From the sequence record SRR31156797_3634: a DNA stretch of 39,335 nucleotides. One strand, 5' to 3'. The notes beneath the pieces were generated by a model that did no database searches, was not told the DNA's origin, and was given only the letters and a program-made list of their open reading frames with translations. The translations under genes were made by a program, and so were the position numbers. Positions 28,824-37,684 of the stretch are shown in pieces (position 1 is the stretch's first letter; the number at the start of each line of letters is the position of its first letter).

Positions 28824-29326
28824 AATTTCCTTTTATTCAAAAAAAAGAACACTTTCAGATAACAAGAAAAGTGCATTAAAATTTAAACGACCAAAAAGTA
28901 TCTATATAATTTCGCAAAACGTCAACGCCTCACGTTCCTGCTGAAAAAGGCAAACATTATTAATGACGCTCAATTCATTATTATCCTTAAAAAAGAAGAT
29001 AGACTAACAAAAAAAGGACTTCCGCCTCCCCTAGGTCTTCAAGGGGTACGCACATTTCATTTGTGCGTACCAATATCTCGACAAGACAGTTGAACATTGA
29101 CTTGCCTGCAAAGTTGCCACACAATTACCAAGGCCGTTCAAGCAAATGGGGCATAACTGCTCAAATCATCAGGTCGCTTCTCAAACGTTTTATTAGGCTA
29201 CAGAAACACAAACAAACATATTGAGAAAAGTGATATCATACGGCATAACGGCACAAAAAAAATCCCAGTACTTTCAATATGAAGCATATAAACGACTTAT
29301 AAAATGTATGCCCACACATAATTGAC

Positions 29327-30259
29327 ATGAAAAACAAAAAATTCAGTGTAGTTATTCCTGTATACAACAGTGCCAAGGTCGTTTCTCTCACGGTAGAACG
29401 AGTTCGTGCCTTTTTTTTAAAACACGATTTTTCATTCGAAATAATTCTCGTGAATGACGGAAGCCCCGATAGCAGTTGGGATGTTATTTCCGAGCTGGCA
29501 CAAAAACATGAAGAAGTCATCGCGATTAATCTGTTGAAGAACTATGGGCAGCACAATGCCAACCTGTGCGGTTTTCGTGCCTCATGCGGGGACTACCTCA
29601 TTACTATGGATGACGATCTGCAAAATCCCCCTGAAGAAATCATCAAACTGATCGAGACCATCGAACAGGGATATGATTTGGTTATCGGCAAATTTGAGAA
29701 AAAAGAGCACTCCTTGTTCCGTTCTCTGGGCAGCAAAACCATAGGGCACATTATTCGTAAAGTCTTTCGTGTCAAAGACAATCTCATCCTTAGCAATTTC
29801 AGAATAATTCGACGAGATGTTGTTGACCGTGTGTGTGAAGATACATCTGTCACCCCATACATTCCAGGGCTTGTCCTTTTATATTCCGTCAATAGATGCA
29901 ATGTCCTTGTCAAGCACAATGCCCGTGAATATGGAACCAGCAATTACAACCTCGTTAAGTTGGCAAGACTGGTAATGACCATACTCTTTAGTCATTCCAC
30001 AATCCCGTTACGCTACGCAGCAGGATTCGGTTTCATAGCATCCATCATAATCTTCTGTCTGGGCCTTTTCTACTTAATTAATGCCATCTCCAGCGGTTCT
30101 GGTGTGCCGGGCTGGCCAACGTTAATAGTTCTCCTATCCTTTTTTAGCACCATTACCATCACATTACTTAGCATCATAGGTGAGTACATCATTCGACTAC
30201 TTCGCGAGACTCACTCTTCCCAAAGTTATATCATCACCAAGATTGTAGGCAAAAAATGA
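29327..30259 (+). CDS. GT2 polyprenol-phosphate glycosyltransferase (ArnC/GtrB-like)
   Basis: SVVIPVYN, VNDGSPD, NYGQHNA and MDDDLQNPP motifs with two C-terminal TM helices. Confidence 0.92.
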   Translation: MKNKKFSVVIPVYNSAKVVSLTVERVRAFFLKHDFSFEIILVNDGSPDSSWDVISELAQKHEEVIAINLLKNYGQHNANLCGFRASCGDYLITMDDDLQNPPEEIIKLIETIEQGYDLVIGKFEKKEHSLFRSLGSKTIGHIIRKVFRVKDNLILSNFRIIRRDVVDRVCEDTSVTPYIPGLVLLYSVNRCNVLVKHNAREYGTSNYNLVKLARLVMTILFSHSTIPLRYAAGFGFIASIIIFCLGLFYLINAISSGSGVPGWPTLIVLLSFFSTITITLLSIIGEYIIRLLRETHSSQSYIITKIVGKK

Positions 30260-31020
30260 ATCAACTGTTCATAGTTGGCGCCCAGCGCTCCGGATCAACC
30301 TATTTATACAAGCTCTTTGACAATCATCACCAAATCTACATGGCTAAACCTATCCGGCCTGAACCCAAATTTTATCTCGACACAAAAAGAATAGAAAAAG
30401 GCAAGATTGCATACGAAAAACAGTACTTCTCCGATGTCCCATCCCAAACCTTATATTGCGGAGAAAAGAGTTCTTCATACTTGGAATCAGCAACCACCGC
30501 CCAAAAGATTTACTCTTTTTATCCAAAAGCGAAAATTCTGGTTATCATTCGGAACCCTATACTAAGAGCGTGGTCCAACTACAAATTTAGCACCCAAAAT
30601 GGGTTAGAAACATTGACCTTTGAAGAAGCTCTTGACCTTGAACCGACTCGTCTGAAGGACGCCAAGTACACCACGTCCGTCAACCCTTTTGCTTATCGGA
30701 CAAGAGGGGAATATATGGATTATATTTCACCGTATGTAGACATCTTCGGTAAAAAGAATGTTAATGTGACGATCTTGGAGGAATTAACGGGAAATATTCA
30801 TAAAATCCAAGATCTTTATTTATGGTTGGGTGTGGACTCAACTGTAAAACCAGCGACATCAAATGATATAATAAATTCATCTGACAACACAAATAAGTGC
30901 TTACCAGATAAGGCAACAATGCAGAACCTCGCAGCAGGCTTCAAAGACTCCCTGTCTCGATTGGAAGCATTTTTAGACCGTCCCATAACATGTTGGCGGG
31001 AACATTGGAGCTCTTTTTGA
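30256..31020 (+). CDS. PAPS-dependent sulfotransferase
   Basis: 5'-PSB GAQRSGST, EPKFY, GEKSSSY and 3'-PB RNPILRAWSNY; ATGA overlap with the GT2 gene. Confidence 0.88.
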   Translation: MNQLFIVGAQRSGSTYLYKLFDNHHQIYMAKPIRPEPKFYLDTKRIEKGKIAYEKQYFSDVPSQTLYCGEKSSSYLESATTAQKIYSFYPKAKILVIIRNPILRAWSNYKFSTQNGLETLTFEEALDLEPTRLKDAKYTTSVNPFAYRTRGEYMDYISPYVDIFGKKNVNVTILEELTGNIHKIQDLYLWLGVDSTVKPATSNDIINSSDNTNKCLPDKATMQNLAAGFKDSLSRLEAFLDRPITCWREHWSSF

Positions 31021-31370
31021 ATCTTCTACCAATACTCTTGGTTTTCATAGCCACCATGTTTGGTATTCTGAGCGCAATCCTGCTCAAATTCACCTCAACC
31101 CTTACCACTGAGTCGCTGTTGCTCATCGGCTTTTTATTTTGTCTAGTTCTTCTTTGTAACTTTGGGAGAATGATCGTCTGGGGATGTATTTATAAACGTT
31201 ACAGCATAAGTTACGCATACCCATTGAGTAGTATTTTCTTCCCCCTCATTTTGGCCGTCAGTTACTTCTTTTATGGAGAAGAAATAACTCTTTTTAAAAT
31301 CGCCGGTGTCACGCTTATTGTGGCAGGAATTATCGTGATAACGAGGGCCGAAGGATCTCCTAATGAATAA
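31017..31370 (+). CDS. Small 4-TM EamA/SMR protein, ArnE/ArnF-like flippase subunit
   Basis: ISYAYPL and GEEIT..KIAGV.LIVAGI motifs; probable TTG start overlapping the upstream TGA after GGAG (alternative ATG 30990). Confidence 0.75.
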   Translation: MNLLPILLVFIATMFGILSAILLKFTSTLTTESLLLIGFLFCLVLLCNFGRMIVWGCIYKRYSISYAYPLSSIFFPLILAVSYFFYGEEITLFKIAGVTLIVAGIIVITRAEGSPNE

Positions 31371-31920
31371 AATTAATCAGCGACTCTACAAAGACCACTT
31401 TTTAAAAAGCATTGCCAATTCATTATATGTGTATCTCGCATTCCTCTTCCATACTGTCGTCAACTTCCTACCTGGCATACTCAGAGTCTTATGCTTCAGG
31501 CCCTTATTAAAAAAGTGTGGCAAACATGTTTTTTTCGATCACAATATTTACATTAAATATCCATGGCTTGTAACAATGGGAGACTCCGTCGTACTAAACC
31601 GCGGAGTCGAAATATATAATGACTACTTCAGCAAATCAAAAGTTCTCATAGGTTCAAAAGTTCGGTTGGCACCTCATGTCAAAATTCACGGTTCAGGCCA
31701 TGAACTTGAATCCGGAAACATGCACCATGCAGGAGGCGACATCGTTATCAAAGATAATGTATGGATCGGTGCAAACGCAATTGTGTTGGCCGGAGTCACG
31801 ATCGGCGAAGGAAGTGTTATCGCAGCAGGAAGTGTTGTAACAAAAGACATTCCTTCTCACGTCATCGCGGCAGGTATCCCCGCTGTAATCAAACGTAAAT
31901 TATCAGACACGGGTAAATAA
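31363..31920 (+). CDS. Hexapeptide-repeat (left-handed beta-helix) sugar acyltransferase
   Basis: [32 protein letters not shown]...GIPA. Confidence 0.88.
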   Translation: MNKINQRLYKDHFLKSIANSLYVYLAFLFHTVVNFLPGILRVLCFRPLLKKCGKHVFFDHNIYIKYPWLVTMGDSVVLNRGVEIYNDYFSKSKVLIGSKVRLAPHVKIHGSGHELESGNMHHAGGDIVIKDNVWIGANAIVLAGVTIGEGSVIAAGSVVTKDIPSHVIAAGIPAVIKRKLSDTGK

Positions 31921-32225
31921 TGGCTCCCATTTATCTATTATGTGCCATCGTCGCCACGGCTTTTGCACAGATCATCTTTAAATATGCCATAACCAAACGT
32001 CACAAAATTTGGCTCGCTACAGCCTTGCTACTCTTTTGTATCGCTCCGCTCATGAGCTGTCTTGCCTTGAAGACTTTGTCTCTTAGTACCGTGTACATGG
32101 CTACCGGATTGACATATGTTCTCGTCATACTGATGGCAAAATGTTTTCTGAAAGAACAGATGACTAAACAAAAAATCTCCGCCATGCTTTTGATCGTGGC
32201 GGGAGTCATCGTTTTCAATATTTAA
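31920..32225 (+). CDS. Small 4-TM EamA/SMR protein, second ArnE/ArnF-like subunit
   Basis: AQIIFK, LSLSTVY and FLKEQM...LIVAGV motifs; TAATG coupling to the upstream gene. Confidence 0.75.
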   Translation: MAPIYLLCAIVATAFAQIIFKYAITKRHKIWLATALLLFCIAPLMSCLALKTLSLSTVYMATGLTYVLVILMAKCFLKEQMTKQKISAMLLIVAGVIVFNI

Positions 32226-32242
32226 TTTCAAACAGGTAACCT

Positions 32243-33391
32243 ATGGGTATTCGATTCAATTTCCCCCATCAAATCGGTAGTGAACTGGATTACATAAAAG
32301 ACTCGCTGACAAACGGAAAACTTGCCGGTGATGGACCTTATACACACAAATGCTCTCAAATCCTTGAGCAATATCTTGGCTCACCAAAAGTTCTGTTGAC
32401 ACATTCTTGTACAGCGGCCTTGGAAATGGCTGCCATCCTTGCCGATGTTCAGCCAGGTGATGAAGTCATAATGCCTTCATATACTTTTGTTTCCACGGCC
32501 AACGCATTTGTACTGCGAGGTGCTGTACCTGTTTTTATCGACATACGACCTGACACGTTGAACATTGACGAATCCCTTATCGAAGCTGCGATCACCCCTA
32601 AAACAAAAGCTATTGTTCCCGTGCATTATGCTGGCGTAGCATGCGAAATGGACACCATTCTCGACATCGCCGCCAAACACGATCTTCTTGTTATTGAAGA
32701 CGCTGCACAAGGATTGGGAAGTTCATATAAAGGACGCAAACTAGGCACATTAGGAGATTTGGCCGCCATCAGTTTCCACGAAACGAAAAACATCGTTTCA
32801 GGGGAAGGCGGAGCCCTTGCGATAAACAACCCAGCTTTCCATGAGCGTGCTGAAATTATCCGCGAAAAAGGAACAAACCGTTCAAAATTTTTCCGTGGAG
32901 AAATAGATAAATATACATGGGTCGACCTTGGTTCTTCATATCTACCAAGCGAATTGGTCGCTGCGTTTCTTTATGGTCAACTCGAAAAGATCGACGAAAT
33001 AAACAGCAAACGTATAGAGATATGGAACCACTATGACAAAGTTATACGCCCTCTGGAAAAACAGGGACTCGTTTCGTTAACTCGGCATCCTGAAGGCTGC
33101 CTGCATAATGCGCATATGTATTACATACTCACGCGTACCCCTCAAATCCAACAAGCTATGCTCAAGGCTCTGAAGAACGCAGGTATTAATGCAGTATTTC
33201 ATTATATTCCATTACACGCCACAGAAGCAGGCATAAAATTCGGGCAAACCGGATCTGCAATGGATGTTACCGATGACGCTCCATGGCGATTAATCAGATT
33301 ACCTATTTATCCAGACTTGGAACGCAAGGAACTCCAATTTATTTGTGAGACTGTGCGTAAAGAAATAAAAAGACTCACTAATCAGAATTAG
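32243..33391 (+). CDS. wecE: dTDP-4-amino-4,6-dideoxygalactose transaminase (DegT family)
   Basis: GDGPYT, THSCTAALEM, EDAAQ, SFHETKN (PLP Lys), REKGTNRS, DKYTW and HYIPLH motifs typical of RffA/WecE. Confidence 0.92.
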   Translation: MGIRFNFPHQIGSELDYIKDSLTNGKLAGDGPYTHKCSQILEQYLGSPKVLLTHSCTAALEMAAILADVQPGDEVIMPSYTFVSTANAFVLRGAVPVFIDIRPDTLNIDESLIEAAITPKTKAIVPVHYAGVACEMDTILDIAAKHDLLVIEDAAQGLGSSYKGRKLGTLGDLAAISFHETKNIVSGEGGALAINNPAFHERAEIIREKGTNRSKFFRGEIDKYTWVDLGSSYLPSELVAAFLYGQLEKIDEINSKRIEIWNHYDKVIRPLEKQGLVSLTRHPEGCLHNAHMYYILTRTPQIQQAMLKALKNAGINAVFHYIPLHATEAGIKFGQTGSAMDVTDDAPWRLIRLPIYPDLERKELQFICETVRKEIKRLTNQN

Positions 33392-33431
33392 AAACTCTCA
33401 ATAAATCTGTATTGGGCGAAAAAAGAATGAG

Positions 33432-33463
33432 ACTGCGGCCAAGATGAACATCTTGACCGCAGT
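33432..33463. terminator. Stem-loop between convergent wecE and acnX genes
   Basis: actgcgg-c-caagatg / catcttg-a-ccgcagt inverted repeat; A-rich tract upstream. Confidence 0.65.
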
Positions 33464-33474
33464 GAATAGACATA

Positions 33475-33900
33475 TCAGGCTACGAAGCTAATCTCGCCAG
33501 CAGTGCTGTTGACCGTGGCCTCTTTCGCTTGACTAAGCATCTCCATCCCCGTCTCATCAATGCAGACTACGGGCATTTCCTTTTTATAAAACTCTCGCAT
33601 AACCAACGGCCCTGTTAAAAGAACCGTATTGGTACGAAGATTCACCAAAGCCTTTGGAGCCTTGCCCACCCGAGCCAGTTCGAGCAATACCAATCCTGCC
33701 CCACTGGAGCCTTTTCCAAAAGGGAATACAAGGATTTTTTCAGCCATGGACTGCCCATATTGATCACTCAGTGGATCCTGTATAATCCCGGTTTCAGGAT
33801 CAACGCCACCTATAAAACTCAATGCCTTGCGAGAAAACAAAACTTCACCAGCGACTTTCCCTTTGACAATACCTTTGCACTCAATTGTGGTTAATGCCAT
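33475..33900 (-). CDS. Aconitase X small (swiveling) subunit, DUF126
   Basis: LSFIGGVDPETG and ILVFPFGKGSS motifs; overlaps the large-subunit stop. Confidence 0.9.
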   Translation of the reverse strand: MALTTIECKGIVKGKVAGEVLFSRKALSFIGGVDPETGIIQDPLSDQYGQSMAEKILVFPFGKGSSGAGLVLLELARVGKAPKALVNLRTNTVLLTGPLVMREFYKKEMPVVCIDETGMEMLSQAKEATVNSTAGEISFVA

Positions 33901-35147
33901 GACTTCACGCTCCTCTTCATTGTGCCAGCAACGGCCGTTTCAACACAATCCTCAAGGCTTCCGTACACAGGTTTTATTCCACTATACGAAAAACAGTACG
34001 TGCTGAATTTACCGGAATTACTCATAATCCCTTTAAAATTCCATTGATCAAACGGCGAAGACATAGGACAGCCGTCGGTGTAAACTTTCACACCACAACG
34101 TCGCAACGCTTCGTACATTCCATTCTTTTCCATATGCTGTTTATTACAACGATTGGTAAATGCCCAAAACTCCATTGATGAATGAACCTTTCGTCCAGCG
34201 AACGTCTTTAATAAACTTTCACACTCGGCATGCGAAAGATGAGGGCAACCAACAGTAACCATATTGATTTCATCAGGTGAGGCATTACTCATACGCTCTT
34301 CTGATTGACGAAGACGCTCAGGAGTAACAATTACGACATCCCCGGGCTTTTCACCATGAAAAGCCATTTCAAGAGTCTGTGCCTCCGGCGTCAAACCAAG
34401 AAGATGAAACAAACCGACACCGCCAGATGAAGCCGAAGTCGCTGAAAAACGCTTTAAACCATCAATCTTACTATGCAGCGGCAACCCTTCCATTGCTCCA
34501 ATTCGATCACCAACGATTTCGCCATGCACATAGCCAAGCATGTCATAAATAGCGTCATCGAGAAAATCGTCTTCTTTGAATCCCTCAAGTTTTATAAGAA
34601 CTTCTGCTTTTCGATTTTCAGGACAATGCAAACCTTGATATGGGACTCGCCCAGTCAAACCAGCACAAAGGTCAAGCAATCCGGCATACCGTTCTGTACG
34701 AGCCCCGATGATGGAATTCACATAATTCGTCGCATTTGATTCTGCCCAAGCAACCTGTTCGCCAAAACGAGGGACAAAACCCGCAAAATAGGGAGCACAG
34801 GTCCAGGATGCAGAAGCACCAAGAGTGGTATGCGCTTTTTCAATACGTTTATGAATCGCATACAACTCGGGATCAAACCTTTGCTCTTGCCACTTTTCCA
34901 AATCCATCAAGCACGAATTCAATGAGGTCGGTACGCAAAACTTCCCACCCAGTTCGACAAGATGCTCAGCGAACTCCAAAGCGGCAAGTCCGCTATACCA
35001 AGCATTGTCATCATGAACCATGGAGATGGAAATCATTTTTTCCGCTCCCATGGTTTCACCAAGATCGGAAAGGATACTCATCCCAATCCGTGCGGCCTCT
35101 CCGCTATCTCCATTCAATAAAGACTTGTCATAATCATTCAAATACAT
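33891..35147 (-). CDS. Aconitase X catalytic subunit, DUF521
   Basis: TCAPY, WAESNA, NSIIGART, FHLLGLTPEA, GCPH, DGC and NSGK motifs. Confidence 0.92.
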   Translation of the reverse strand: MYLNDYDKSLLNGDSGEAARIGMSILSDLGETMGAEKMISISMVHDDNAWYSGLAALEFAEHLVELGGKFCVPTSLNSCLMDLEKWQEQRFDPELYAIHKRIEKAHTTLGASASWTCAPYFAGFVPRFGEQVAWAESNATNYVNSIIGARTERYAGLLDLCAGLTGRVPYQGLHCPENRKAEVLIKLEGFKEDDFLDDAIYDMLGYVHGEIVGDRIGAMEGLPLHSKIDGLKRFSATSASSGGVGLFHLLGLTPEAQTLEMAFHGEKPGDVVIVTPERLRQSEERMSNASPDEINMVTVGCPHLSHAECESLLKTFAGRKVHSSMEFWAFTNRCNKQHMEKNGMYEALRRCGVKVYTDGCPMSSPFDQWNFKGIMSNSGKFSTYCFSYSGIKPVYGSLEDCVETAVAGTMKRSVKSWH

Positions 35148-35702
35148 TCCTTATTTTCTCCTTGCACTATATACCATGTACCATCGTAAATGAGCTAAAA
35201 AGGCAGACGCCATCTTCCCAAATCTTCAGTCTTTTCAATGTGCACACGTCCTTTCGCAACACGATTTCAAGTTGGTCTTTTTTTTGTGTCGACATATATA
35301 CCAAATTAGGTTACGGTGTACCACTTATTGAGATTATTAATATTTCCTAACTATTGTCAACCACTCCAAACAACCTATTGAAAAACATTTAATGAAAATC
35401 AGTTTTTTAGACTCTTTCCGTCAACGACATCTGCCACAAACCGATGTTTCACACGGTAATGCCTCTAAACATAAACTTGTCATCCCTCTTCAAAAGTAAT
35501 AGCCCAACGCCCTAAAGCATTTATTATTGATTCCTCAAATTAATGCCCATCATCAGAAGTGATCATTTTTTCGAAATTGTTATAAAAAAAAATCTTGATT
35601 TTTTTCAAGCTTACGATAAACTCTCTTCAGATACCATAGCACCGCAGTCTGACACGACTGGTTATATTGTTTTTTTGTTCCCCCTTTAAATACTAGGATA
35701 TT

Positions 35703-36419
35703 ATGAAATCTTCCAAAACCCGTGCGCGGATCAAACAACAAAGAATTATTAAATATTTTATAGATGCCGCCAACGAGATCATCAAGAAAGAAGGGGTCGG
35801 AGCTGTCACCATACGTAAGGCCGCAGACCTTGCAGGATATACCAGTGCGACTCTTTATAATTATTTTGACAATTTGCAGCACTTGGTTTTTCTGGCAACC
35901 ATGACATACCTTGAAGAGTACAATGCTGCTCTTCCTCACTATTTAAAAGGTTCCGAAAACTCCATTGAAAGATACATGCTGGTCTGCAAATGTTTTGCAG
36001 AATATTCATTTTCCGAGCCTGAAATTTACGAACTGTTATTTTTCACACATAGCGACGAAAAACTCGAAGAGTATACACAGCAATATTATGACCTCTTCCC
36101 AGAGAAAATCGTTGACGATTGGCCAGCACCTCTCAATAAAATTTATGTTCTGAACAGTATTTACTCGCGTAGCTATATGATGCTTGATGACTGTATTCAG
36201 GACAATCTCATTACGACTGAGAATGCGAGAGACTTTAACGATGTTAATCTCCGCATATACAAAACCATTCTTCAAGACGTACAAAACGGTGAACTCACAA
36301 AAGAAGAAGCCATATCAATGACAATGAAATATTATTTTCAACTCATGGAACATTATATGGAACCAAAAGCCAAACCGCTACTTGAACGCTTTATGAAAAA
36401 CTTGAATAGTGATTCATAA
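35703..36419 (+). CDS. TetR/AcrR family transcriptional regulator
   Basis: HTH VTIRKAADLAGYTSATLYNYF; divergent from acnX. Confidence 0.9.
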   Translation: MKSSKTRARIKQQRIIKYFIDAANEIIKKEGVGAVTIRKAADLAGYTSATLYNYFDNLQHLVFLATMTYLEEYNAALPHYLKGSENSIERYMLVCKCFAEYSFSEPEIYELLFFTHSDEKLEEYTQQYYDLFPEKIVDDWPAPLNKIYVLNSIYSRSYMMLDDCIQDNLITTENARDFNDVNLRIYKTILQDVQNGELTKEEAISMTMKYYFQLMEHYMEPKAKPLLERFMKNLNSDS

Positions 36420-36533
36420 TTCAAATCTCCTGACCAAGCTGTCACGTTCTTCCTAAAAACATAAGATCGTACATGGTTAGATCCTCAACAGACATACCCG
36501 TCTATCAAATCCATACCCTTTGAAAAAAAAGCA

Positions 36534-37151
36534 ATGCAAATACAAAAATTTATTCTCAGCCCATTTCAAACTAATGGGTACTTGCTTTCGAAAAATGGCG
36601 AGGCAATCTTCATCGACCCTGGAGACGACCCGACCAATGTCATCTCCGTTATAAAGCAAGAATCTTTAATACTGACGCATATTCTCATCACGCATATGCA
36701 TAGCGACCATTTTTATGGAGCGGCCAAGCTTGCCAAAGAAACCAATGCAACAATTCTGGGCAGCGCAAACGACGCTTTCATGGTCGATTCCGAAATCACT
36801 GACGCTCCACGCTGGGGCTTTCCTCCTTTAGACGAAGAGTTTTCATTCACGCCAATACAACCCGGTGAACATCAATTTCTCGGGGAAAAATGCCAAGTAA
36901 TTCCCACGCCAGGGCACTCACCTGGTAGTTTGACATTCCACTTTATTGACAACAATTATGCATTTGTTGGCGATCTAATTTTTTATCGGAATATTGGACG
37001 ATCAGATTTTGCTGGCGGCAACCATACCGCCCTTTTGAATTCAGTCAAAAACCATATATTCACTATGCCGGATACAACAATTCTTTACCCCGGACACGCC
37101 AACCCCACCAACGTGGCAGACGAAAAAGCACACAATCCATACTTTCGCTAA
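36534..37151 (+). CDS. Metallo-beta-lactamase-fold hydrolase (glyoxalase II / YcbL-like)
   Basis: IDPG, THMHSDH, TPGHSPG, GDLIF..IGRSD and PGH motifs. Confidence 0.9.
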   Translation: MQIQKFILSPFQTNGYLLSKNGEAIFIDPGDDPTNVISVIKQESLILTHILITHMHSDHFYGAAKLAKETNATILGSANDAFMVDSEITDAPRWGFPPLDEEFSFTPIQPGEHQFLGEKCQVIPTPGHSPGSLTFHFIDNNYAFVGDLIFYRNIGRSDFAGGNHTALLNSVKNHIFTMPDTTILYPGHANPTNVADEKAHNPYFR

Positions 37152-37193
37152 CACCACCGAGACATCGGTGCCCCAAAACAAAGGCAGAACTTT

Positions 37194-37241
37194 AAAGAAG
37201 GCCTGTAAGCTATAACCCCATAGCTTACAGGCCTTCTTTTT
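37194..37241 (+). terminator. Intrinsic terminator
   Basis: aaagaaggcctgtaagctat / atagcttacaggccttcttt perfect 20-bp stem ending in a T tract. Confidence 0.88.
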
Positions 37242-37484
37242 ACGCCCCCCCCTCCTCCAGCTTCCCTCATACAAATAAATTACAGCCCATTCCTTCCCTC
37301 TTCAGTCAGCTCAAACACAAATTAACAAGCTGCCTTGAACCACTCAGAATAAAAAATAACGATAATCTAGGCTAAAAAATGAAAGAAATAGCAAAATATT
37401 TATTAGACTAAGTTATTATAATAACGCGATTATATCATATTTTTCATTTTATGATCATGATTTATTTTTAAAAACGATTGCAAA

Positions 37485-37511
37485 ACAATCGCGATTGTGA
37501 CAAAAATCACT
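37485..37511. promoter_or_regulatory. Perfect 14-bp palindrome overlapping a CRP/FNR-type box upstream of caiT
   Basis: acaatcgcgattgt (37485-37498) and TGTGA-caaaaa-TCACT (37496-37511). Confidence 0.55.
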
Positions 37512-37590
37512 TCAATTAAATGAACGCGATCAATATTCCTCTGGCGATCACATAATCTGTCCACCATGAGGAACCCAAAAACGTTCAAGG

Positions 37591-37661
37591 CAGTTGAGGT
37601 GAGCACACCGAGTGCGCTCAGGGGGTAAGAGCAGTTGTCGGCTGACTCTACACTTTTTTTT
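37591..37661 (+). promoter_or_regulatory. Structured 5' leader of caiT with a terminator-like hairpin (candidate attenuator)
   Basis: Hairpin 37600-37620, hairpin 37625-37651 followed by T8 (37654-37661), just upstream of the RBS. Confidence 0.45.
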
Positions 37662-37684
37662 CTAAATAACGTGGAGTGTTTCGG

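Noticed and set aside
28946-28969. aaaggcaaac...gacgc resembling a c-di-GMP-I riboswitch upstream of the glycosylation operon
   Set aside because: It lacks the GNRA-capped stem and the downstream receptor hairpin.
27100-33460. AT-richer glycosylation region as a mobile island or prophage remnant
   Set aside because: No integrase, tRNA, att repeats or phage genes seen; low GC is usual for surface polysaccharide genes.
8835-35147. UbiX plus AcnX as parts of the archaeal-type modified mevalonate pathway
   Set aside because: The genes are 24 kb apart in unrelated operons, with no UbiD-type decarboxylase or other mevalonate genes in the window.
6435-37151. mgsA plus glyoxalase II-like gene as a methylglyoxal-to-lactate module
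   Set aside because: They are 30 kb apart, no glyoxalase I is present, and both gene types are common.
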